Source: Monocercomonoides exilis PA203 (lineage: Eukaryota; Protista; Preaxostyla). From it: a DNA stretch of 64,000 bases. Position 1 is the first letter of the stretch. The number at the start of each line of letters is the position of its first letter. The stretch spans positions 248,001 through 312,000 of the forward strand of contig LSRY02000012.1 in the NCBI GenBank assembly GCA_001643675.2. The letters are read 5' to 3'. The translations under genes were made by a program, and so were the position numbers. The notes beneath the pieces are model-generated. The model did not search any database. It was not told where the DNA came from and was given only the letters and a program-made list of their open reading frames with translations. Below, piece by piece: positions 23,089 to 33,150 of the stretch.

Positions 23089-26071
23089 ATGTCAGGGCCC
23101 ATCATTTTAAACAAGGATTCACTAATCAAAGAGTTTCAAGATGCACTAACAGATTCGAAAATTGTTTTATTGTTTTTTATCTTGCATTTTTTGTATAACA
23201 TTTTTTTATTAGGCTATGAGTTATTTGAGAAAACTCGATGAATTAAAAAAATACGGATGCAACTTTTTGAATCTCACTCTGATGGAACGAAATGAAAAAG
23301 GAGCAGGTTTGCTTGTGAATATCTTTTATTTTGATTTACGATAAAAATCATTCAAAGTTTACAAACATCCTGTTAAAGAAAATGAGTTTTTAACAAAAGT
23401 CACATTGGAAGTTGTTAACGAAAAATTATGGATATCTTACATCCCATCAAACGAATGCGGAGCGCCAGTTAGGGAATATCACAAACAATACCTTTGTCCA
23501 AATGCAAGAGGAGATGCAGTTTGCGGTGTCAGTGGAAGAAAAAATTATGCTGGAATCAAAAATCATCATTGTTCAATTTTACTAACACAAAATATCACAA
23601 GTTTCAAACAATTTTCTTCTGTGATTAAAAATCGTGATGATCCAACAAAAAAATTTGATAATTCAATTAACTACACAAGCACAAATTTGGAATTTCTATT
23701 TGCGCAAATTGTGAGTCATTGCAACATTTCCATAGCTTCTGCATCGTCGAAAGAATTTAACAATTTCATAACTGCCTTAATAAAAATTTCTCAAGAAAAT
23801 CCAGACAAACATCCCACAAAAATATTCCCATATTTAACTAGAAGAAAATTAAGCAGCTTGATTATTTTTCAAAGTGAAATCGCAAAAGAAAAGAGGGCGA
23901 AAGAATTATTCGGAAAATGCATTTGCGTAATGATGGATGGTGGAATAGTTGGAGGACAAAAATGTACCGTTGTTACAATTGCTCCTCTGTCACTAGAAAC
24001 TACGACTTTTTTTTGGAAAGTTTATCCTCCTTGTTTCAATGCTAGTCACTATAGAAAATTAGCCTGGATCATAATAAAAGAATTGGAATCATTACATACA
24101 AGTGTTAGGTGTTTCTGTTCAGATGGTTTAAAACCTCAGAAAAAAGCACTGGAAAACTTCTCAACATCACTTGAAGAATATGAAGAATCTTTGCTATCAA
24201 AAATTAAAGTTGCTCCATTTTTTATTTATTGTTCTAACCATCTTTTAAATTTAGTCATAACAAAAGCTTTCACTAAAATTGATTTTCTTAGACAAATATT
24301 GAATGATCTTACATATTTTGCAAAATATGCCCATTCTTCGGCAATCAGAAAGTTACTAAAGCAAAAATGTCCTTCATTTGTTCAAACGAGATGGCTTTGT
24401 TTGTACCCAATTTGCTCATTTATAAGGAAAAACTGCGAGGACATTTTAAAACATTCGTTGATTTCTTCAGATAAAGTGTTAAATTCAGTATTGATGGAAT
24501 TATTGTTATTTCCTATTCATAGGCTTCAACTTTTTTTGGAAAACGATCAAACAAAACTTGGTGAAATTTTCCCTATGATCCTTCAAACGATTGGAATTTT
24601 ATATGGAATCAAATCCTTCCAAAGATTCAGATCTTCAAATTGGCAAAATGCAATTACTAATATTCTTGTTCTTATGCATAACCATTTTTTATTTGGAAAA
24701 ACAGGTGAAATGATATCACTGGCACACGCTTTAACACCAGTTGGAATTCAAAAGTTCATTAGAAATGAATTTACAAATTCATTTATTGAAGCAAAACACG
24801 TAATAGAAGAATTGGATTCAAAAGGAGGAGCAGAACATCCTCTCCATTCAATCAGTGAGCATTCAAATTCGGAAAAAACAATTCTTCAACAAGGTCATAT
24901 TAATGAAGACAATAGATTAGTTCGAATGAGATATTCCTCGTTTACACAACAAAAGGAAATTTCATCACACTCAGATTTTTTCAACTCAACAAATTCTTCT
25001 TTTTCATTTTCATTGCAATCAAATATATCCAATTGTTCTTCTTCCAGTTTGGATAAAAATCAACTTAGTGATATTTCTTCTCCTTTTCTAATTAATACTT
25101 TCTCTCCAATTTCTATGACACATAATTTCTATTTATCAAATGATAGTTTCAATCTTGCTTTGGAAAGGTTTCATTCATCTGTTAGAGATGAACAGGTCAG
25201 CTTTTTCACAATGTCTCAGAACCTCAATTGCTTTGATGATATGTTTGAAGATAAGAAACTTGATGACGTCTGTGCAGAAATTATCAAACTCCTTCGAATT
25301 GCAGATACAGTCGAAAAATGTGAAACACCACAGCAAGAAGAACCAAAAACAATGGAGGAATTTGAAAACGAATCGGATGATTTTGAAGAAGACCCTCTTG
25401 GAATTTTGTTGGCAGAAAGAGATTTGAAAGATCCTGATTTTCAAGCAGCTAATATTTTTGATTCAGTCATGAGATCTCCATCTTCATCTTCATCATCTTC
25501 ATCATCATCATCTCCATCATTATCTTCGTCTTGTTCATCATATTTTTTAACATCATCATCAAGATCATCTGACTCATTTTCCGACACGAATGAATCTTCA
25601 AATGTTGCAATTGAATCGGAAGATGATGAAGTTGAATTGCTTTTTGCAAGCAAAGTTTTCGATATCATCTCACCATCTTCGACTGACAAAGAAGACGAAA
25701 TGTGCCTCAATATATCTTCATGCATCACCTCAGATTGGTCCAATAGGATGGAAAGAAGGTTTGAAATATTAATAAACTCAGTTTTATTTAAAGAAGATCA
25801 AAAGCTGAAAGAGTTGTGTCTGAAGATATACCAAAGTGAGATGAGTGCATCGCCAAGTTCTGTTGTGGAAGATAATGCTCAAATCTATTATGTAAATTTA
25901 TCTAAGAAAAGTTTCAATCACACCATATATTCGAATATTTGTTTTTCTTTTGTTTCATCACCGTGCAGCGAAGCAAGCTGTGAACGAATTTTCTCGAGGA
26001 TGAAAAGAATAACTGGAGACAACAGACACTCTCTTTCATTCAACACTCTCAACGCATTGCTTTTAATTTAG
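23089..26071 (+). CDS. hAT-family DDE transposase (3 exons: 23089-23163, 23213-23306, 23358-26071)
   Basis: VMMDGG (D1), FCSDG (D2), FIYCSNHLLNL (CxxH), VQTRWL, ALTP, and hATC motif SEASCERIFSRMKRITGDNRHSLS (E). Both introns are GT-AG and keep the frame. Confidence 0.92.
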
Positions 26072-26743
26072 TTTTTCTTTATTCATTTTTTGCAATTTTG
26101 TTCATCTAAGTATTTTTAGACACATTTCATTTAATGAAACTTTCAAATAAATCTCAATAAATAAGGAAAAAAAATACATTATCTTTTTCATAAGAACAAT
26201 TATGAAATGAACACAATAAATAGAAATAACAATAAAACTATTTTCTTTGAACAATCCACTTCAATTTTAATCTCCTCCTCCTCCTCCTCCTTTTTCTCTT
26301 TTCTCTTCTTCTTCTTCCGATGCGAAGAAGAAAAAGGAGAGCAAACGAAGCAGCACATCTTCACTGGGTGTGGATGCTAACTCCTTCGTATATTTAGCAA
26401 AAGCTGTTGATTTCTCCATTGTTTTCCTCACTTCTTCTCTTCTGACAATCGAAGCATTGTCCACACAGAAACATGCAGATGTTGCTGAAGTCAGCAGAAT
26501 TTACGTGGCTCTGCTGCCATTCGTGTTGTCCATTGCTAATTAATCAGAAGATGATGAAGTTTTGAATTCATCCTTTATGCAGATGTTTGATCAATCACAC
26601 AAAACTCTCAGATATTATGCCGTATGGTGTTTGAGTGGTTGTAGCAATAATAATAACTCTTCTCTTTCTCCTTCTCCTTCTTCTTCTTCCTCCTCTTCTT
26701 CTTTCTCCTCTTCTTCCTCTTCCTCTTCCTCTTTCTCCAACAA

Positions 26744-28925
26744 TCACCTCCTCCACCACAACTTCCCAGCCACTCGCACCGATCTCTTCGAAGCAGCAAC
26801 AGACTTGTCCTTCAAATTCATCTCTCTCTCTTTCAAGTCCTTTGTGAAATCATGTCTCAGCTTCGTATTCTGGTTCCTCTTCTCCCTCTCCTCTTTCCTT
26901 TTAGCAGCTTTCCTCGTCGCCCCTCCCCTTCTCCCTTGTGATGTTGCATTCAATGATGAGATTTCATCTTCTTCAAAACAGCCAGAGAGTCTAGTCATCA
27001 ACAAAGTGTTTGAATATCTCAAAACAATGGTCAATGTAGTGGTGGAAGATGCAGCTCAAGCTAATTCTTCCTCTTCTTCCTCATCTTCCCATGACAACTC
27101 CAATCCCCACCTCCCCCAGCTCCCTTCTATCTGCGCTGCCTCTTCCTCTCTCTCTCTCTCTCTCTTCCCTCTCTCTTCTTTCGTCCAGCTCCACATCTCC
27201 CACACTCTCCAGGGTTTTCTTCCTCCTCTCTTCACTTTGGCTGATATTCTTCCTTTTTGCAATGGCCTTATGCTTCTTTTCTTCCCCACCTCCATCGTTA
27301 ATAACTTGAAATTCCTTCCTCATTCTGTTTCAGAAAATGCGTTTTTAACTGATGCTGATGATGATGAAGCTAATTTGCCATACAAATATAAAAAACTTTT
27401 TTTTTCTCCGTCTGCTGAGCCGGCAAAGATGAACATGTTGATTCAAGTCAGCTCTCCTCTTTCTCTCTGCAACAGCTTCTTTACCTTCATCGATGTTAAA
27501 TCTGTTCTTTCTTTTTCTTCTCCTTCTAATTCCTTTTTGTCTTCTTCCTCCTCCTCCTCTTCTTCTTCTCACTCTTCTTCCTCTTCTTTTTCCTCCTCCT
27601 CTTCTTCTTCTAATTCTTCTTATTCTTTCCACTCAGCACAAAACAAACAACTTTCTTGCCCAACTTCTTCATCGAATTTGCCTTTTTCTTCAATTACTGT
27701 CAAATGATCAACTGATATTTTCTACTGCTCCACATCTTCAGTTATTTCAATTTGACTTTTCACTGAAGAAATACTCAAACACTCAAATTCTTTTCCTGCT
27801 GTAACATTCTTATTTCTCGCGTATTCCAATGTTGCACAACAGGCACGCAAAATGAAAGCTTTGTTCAGCATTTGTGAAAGGCTCCTCTCTGAAAAAATCT
27901 CTTTCCATTTCTCCGCCTTCACAAACCTCAGCCCACTCATCCCAAGCGCCTTTACAACCAGCAGCTCCATCGCGTCTTCCAGCTTCCCCTTGTTCTCTTT
28001 GATTCTCTCCACAAACTCTCTGTATGTTGTTGGATACACGCCTTTTGCCTCATTCCAATCGCCCTCCTCTCTTCCTCCATCTTCCTTTCCCTCTTTTTCT
28101 CCCTCTTTTTCTCCCTCTTTTTCTCCCTCTTTGCCTCCCCTTTCTCCTTCCTCTGCTTCTTCCCGCTCCTTCAGCACAACCAGCACAATCGCTGCTGGTG
28201 AGAGAGCCACATCCTCCATCCTCAGCCCCGCCACATCCAGACCCTTCTCCACAATCTCCCCCACTTCACACGCTGCAACCCCTCCCCACATCACTTCATC
28301 GTCCAGCTTCATATCCACATGCCTTGACTGAGGAGATAGCGACACCAGCCTCATTATTTCTGATGGCAGCAGCGAACGAACAAACAAATCGTTGATCGCT
28401 GTGAACTCATTCACATCTTCCTAAACTAAGATCAACTTGCTCCCCAACTTCTTTCTCACTGATGCTGCAAGTGAGTGGAGCGGCACCACCAGCGGAACTG
28501 AAAGCATCTCTGAAAGAACCACATCGTATGCACACACAACACCCCCATTCAGCACAGCCAGCTGTGAAGCGCCATATCCCTCGAAACGTCTGCAGCGCTC
28601 TCAGAAACGACTTCTTTTGATTAATATACTCCCCAGCTGCCTCTGGCACCACAATCCAAAGCCACTTCTCAATATCATCCATCTCTGCTGCAGACTAGTA
28701 TGACGCCACAACCACAGAGGCATCCGAAGGGTCAATTACAGGCTCAGATGAAGATGACAATGTTTTATCATCTCCTGCCTCCTTTTTATCTTCGCTTCTC
28801 CGCCTCCAGAATGGGAAAGTTGATAAAGAATACAAAAGATGCTGAACAAAGAGACTTCTGCTTCACATAGGCAGCCAAATGAATCTTCTTTGAGAAAAGT
28901 TATATAACATGTTGGCAGCTCCTTA
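26744..28925 (-). pseudogene. IQCH-like (ATP-grasp-like) gene fragment carried inside hAT-1
   Basis: Broken frames give DIEKWLWIVVPEA, VLNGGVVCAYDVVLSEMLSVPLV, KKLGSKLIL, RHVDMKLDDEVMWGGVAACEV and YPTTYREFV, in the same order as recalled IQCH motifs ([57 protein letters not shown]). Contains stops and frameshifts. The 3' boundary is uncertain. Confidence 0.65.
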
Positions 28926-30580
28926 TGAAATGCTAAGATAATATTTTCATTTGAAAAAAGATGTCGATTTGTTCAAAAAGCCGATCATTTTTGAGCTATG
29001 GAACAAGAAGGAGCTGAATTTCTTTGAACGATAAATTGAAACTAGCAGATGAAAAATGAAAATAAAAACAGATGGATTAGCGAAAACAATAAAGATTATT
29101 AAAGAAGATTGCGTCTCATAAAAGAGATATAAGTGCCATTTTGAATTGATAATAAAAGAGCATTTCTGCGGGAAAATGGACAAAACATTTAATTTTTTAA
29201 TCAAAAATTCTTTTATTGTTCCACATGCTTTTGTTTTTGAATGTTGTCCAACAACAATAAGCAATGAAATGTTGAATTTTTCTCAATCTTAAATATCATA
29301 AAAAAAAGTATTCCAAGATTAGCAGTTTTTTCAAATGTTACACAACAAAGAAGTTTGTTTAAAAGAAAGAAAGCATTTAAAAAATCAGAATGAATTATCA
29401 AACGGATGAAATGAAAACAATGAAATAAAAACAAATTGTCAGTTTGTACAAAATGGCTAGAAATCAACAGTTTTAAGAAGTAAAAAGACAAAAATGTTAA
29501 AATTGAATATGATATAATGCTAATTTTGAATTCATATCACAGTATTAGCGAAGAGAAATCTTCTTTATATATTTTTCTCTCTATATTATGGTAATGGAAT
29601 GATCATAATCTGTTGATCTTTTTTGATCAATTATCAATAAGTCAGTGACTGACTTGAAACAAAATTTCATCTTAAGTCACAAAGGCTTATAAGAATCATT
29701 TATTTATTAATTAGAATTTGAGATCATCATATTGTTTGATAAATAATAATCAAGGATTCTTTATATTTATGGGAAAGATCAATAAAATTTCATGTAATTT
29801 TTGAGTGCTGACCCTAAAAAGAAGAAACGGAACAAACCCGAAACCCAAGATTTGTTACGTTAACCCTAGAACCTAAACCAATCTGTTAATGGAGAGATTA
29901 TTTTAGAATTTTAACCCAAATTATTAAAAAAATACTGGGTCAGATCAAAATGTTTTATTTGAAAAAAAGAAATTATGATGATTGATGATCTCAAATTTTT
30001 ATTAATTTATAAATGATTCTTACACAATATTATTTCCATTTTTTATGCAGATTTTGAAAAATTCATGTTCCACTATCATCTCCTTTTACCATAACTATTT
30101 TATATAGAAAGTTGCTTGTGAAAAAGATCATATCAAAATTGTTTATCATCCTCAAACGATGATGCATCACCTCCATTTACAAATTCCATGTTTCGTCGTT
30201 ATCCCTTGTTATATTCATAATAGTTAATTATTCATCTTTTGTATCATTTATCTTCTCATCTCGTTTTAAAAACTGTTATTTTTGAATAATTTAAAAAAGA
30301 GATATTTTTATATTTGTATAATTATTTATTGAATTTCAAACTATTTGTGCACAAGTTTGATCACACTCAAAAATTTAAATATTTTTGTTTAAATTTGGGA
30401 CGAAATATTTTGGTTTATGAATTTTGTTCCATTCAACTCAAACAAATATTTTTCTCAATTTTAGAATCTTTCTGTATTTATTTGACATGGGAATGAAAGA
30501 CTTATAATGATAATGTTGGAGAAAAAGTTTGGAACAAATCGTTGTTTCTTTCATAAATGAAAAAATTTTTATCCCATTTA

Positions 30581-30941
30581 CAGATATCGCACAAAATACC
30601 GGACAAGATCGATTTCACAATAACCACAAGAGGAATAATTCTGACTATTTTCCTCAAAATATATCTCACCAATCCAAACTCACATGACATACAAGAATTT
30701 CAGGACAGCTTCATTTGTGCTCAGTAAAAATTAATTTTTGAGATCTCGGAGAAAAATGTATTTGTGTTTCTCCGAGGTTTTAATATTAAAATTTTTCTGA
30801 ACATAAACAAGGAAGTTTTTTAAAGTTTTGTTTTTCAAATGAGTTTGGATTGGTGAGATATATTTTGTGGAAAATTTCCAGAATTATTCCTCTTGTGGTT
30901 ATTGTGAAATCGATCTTGTCCGGTATTTTGTGCGATATCTG
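30581..30941. mobile_element. 361-bp fully palindromic MITE flanked by TA (Tc1/mariner-like)
   Basis: TA|cagatatcgcacaaaataccggacaagatcgatttcacaataaccacaagaggaataattctg... is inverted at ...cttgtccggtattttgtgcgatatctg|TA. Outer ~100 bp nearly perfect; imperfect pairing continues to a central ctcggagaaa-loop-tttctccgag. Confidence 0.88.
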
Positions 30942-31346
30942 TATATTCACTAAACACATTATTGAATATCAAATATTCGACACCAAACGCATTAAATATA
31001 TATTTGTAAACAGTCTTGTGTTAAAATTTTTGTATTTTTTGAACTTTTCAATGACCACGTTAAGTTATCATATACTTTGTTCTTCTATTCATCGAGATTA
31101 TCTTGGTCATTTGAAATCTTTACATGATATTCAAATTGATTATTTAGTTTTTTTTATGAAAACAATAATCACTCATCAAATACAATAATTTCTTGTGATT
31201 TACTATCAAATGAGAAAAGTATTTTCATTTATAACAATGAGAAGAAGTTTTTTGAGATGTTGTTTTCTTATAATGATTCTTTCCTGATTGTCATTGTGAA
31301 ACATTTCTCACATAAAAAATCAATTAATTAATTAGAATGTGTTAAT

Positions 31347-31355
31347 AAAAAAAAA

Positions 31356-31400
<45 letters not shown>
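31347..31400 (+). repeat. Poly(A) tract (~53 nt)
   Basis: A-run interrupted once by GT, directly after aat. Confidence 0.8.
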
Positions 31401-31401
<1 letters not shown>

Positions 31402-31768
31402 GATTACATTGCACCGAGCAATAAAAATAATTTCTACAAAAAGATTCGGAAAAGTTTAACTTATTGGGTCCGAAAATTTTCATAGAAATCATCTTGAATT
31501 ATTAAAAAAAAATGATTCATTTAGGCCTCTGCGACTCACTTTTTTTGAGTGCAATTTGTCGGTCGAGAAATTATTCATTTGTCGAAAATTTTGAAATGAT
31601 TGTTTTTTACCTAATTTTGCAATTCATGAATATATCTGACTTTCCTTTTTTTCACTGTTTTTCTTTTTCTTTTTTCTTTTTCTTTTCTTTTTTCTTTTTC
31701 TTTTCTTTTTTTTAATGTTATTACCATAATAATAATATATTATGTATTTTGAAAACAAATAAGAAATT

Positions 31769-32884
31769 CATGAAAAAACTGGAGAAGATAGATGAAAGGA
31801 ATCAAAAAGATTGTTATACAATATTAAATGCAATGGTTTGGAATGGAATTTTTTTTGATATCTTTGCTGCTGATGTGGATTTGATTCAAAGTGATAATTT
31901 TAACGTTGTTATTTAAAATGCTAGAAGAAATTTTTCTCATGAATAAGAATTGTTCTATTCATCATCATCTTCTTCTTCCTCTTCCATTTCACCAGTTCCT
32001 TTGCTTCCGCCCGCTTCAACATGGCCATCTTCCATTGACACTCAATTTCCATTTCGTACCACTTCATCAAAGCATCTCACATTACACTCCACAACTCCAT
32101 CTTTCATATCGCAAGTGCCTTCTATCACTCTCTATCTCTCTCTCTCTCTTTCTCTTTCTCTCTCTCTCTCTCTCTCATCTCCAGTCCGCAGATCCCTCTT
32201 CTCCCAGCAGGTGCGCCGGATGATTCTTCTCCTCCGCTTTATGCGTGTTTTGGTGCAAGGCTCCATCCTCAGCCGCAAATTAGCCTCAAATTCGTCACCT
32301 CTTCTGTCTTCTGACGAACCCCGCTTAGTCACTGCCTCTCATTCGTCTATTCCCTTTTTGAGACCTCTGGCTGCAATTACACAGGAAAATAATAATTATA
32401 AAAGTTATGGTAATTATTTAAATTTTGCCGGCAGAAAAATTGTTTCTGGAAGGATGAAAAGATAAAGTTCGGGGAAATATTGGATGATTGAGCCACAATT
32501 CAAAGGAGTTTATGAAGGAGGCAATGAATTCAGATCAGCTTCCTCAAATAATACTGAAATCACTTCACTTTCATCACAATCAATGTCATCATCATCATCA
32601 TCCTCATCGTCATCATCATCATCATCTTTTTCTTCTTCCTCTTCCTCCTTCTCCGGCTCCACCCCCTTCTCCACCCTTCTCAACCACTTCACCCGCTCTA
32701 CTGGGATGTTGCTGTGGGGCGACTCATTTTTCATTAGACATTTTGCAACTGGCTTGTATTTGACAGTTGTTCCATGTTATTTGGATGAATGGGCGAATGG
32801 AAGGAAAAGAAAAGGAGAGAGAAAGAAGGAGGAAGAAAAGGAAGAGAAAGAGAGAGAGAAAGAGAAAGAGAAAGAGAAAGAGAA

Positions 32885-32927
<43 letters not shown>

Positions 32928-32934
32928 AAAAGAA

Positions 32935-32973
<39 letters not shown>

Positions 32974-33150
32974 GAAAGAGAAAGAAGGAAAAGAAAAAGA
33001 GAGTTATTTAGAGAAGAATCGCAATGTTATTTACAGAGTGCGTCTGATGCCTTTACCCTCATCATCATCATCATCACCATCATCTTCTTCTTCTTCCATC
33101 CCATTTGACAGCTCCTGGTTCCTCTGGCGTTTCCGCCCTCTTCAATCAGG
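31769..33150 (+). pseudogene. IP3 receptor/ryanodine receptor MIR-domain-like fragment carried inside hAT-2
   Basis: KYWMIEPQFKGVYEGG...LLWGDSFFIRHFATGLYLTV resembles the IP3R MIR motif LWEVE...GG...WNSLFRFKHLATGHYL. In-frame stops (e.g. TAA 32463-32465), a frameshift in a (GAGAAA)n tract, and poly-Ser inserts. Confidence 0.55.

Larger units (their letters stand above)
22802..29689 (+). mobile_element. hAT-1: complete hAT-family DNA transposon (6888 bp) with cargo
   Basis: Perfect 17-bp TIR taagcctttgtgactta (22802-22818) / taagtcacaaaggctta (29673-29689); perfect 8-bp TSD taagaatc (22794-22801, 29690-29697); internal transposase; subterminal TGAC/GTCA repeats. Confidence 0.95.
22712..30103. 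repeat. Imperfect fold-back (~0.5 kb once hAT-1 is removed), with one arm split by hAT-1
   Basis: Joined left arm ggaactcgaatttttcaaaat...taagaatcatttatttattaattagaatttgagatcatca matches the reverse complement of ~29973-30071 (ggaacatgaatttttcaaaat...taagaatcatttataaattaataaaaatttgagatcatca). Inner ends ctgaccc (~29808-29814) / gggtcag (~29937-29943). Confidence 0.7.

Noticed and set aside
26562-27707. 381-aa plus-strand Ser-rich ORF inside hAT-1 as a second transposon gene
   Set aside because: Mostly TCT/CT microsatellite, antisense to the decayed cargo; no domain and no counterpart in hAT-2.
29805-29925. True telomere or interstitial telomeric array
   Set aside because: Only scattered degenerate CCCTAA-like units, no tandem array; noted only as a loop feature.
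30502-31188. Two near-identical small ORFs on opposite strands (VRYIL...GILCDIC)
   Set aside because: They are the two arms of the palindromic MITE, not duplicated genes.
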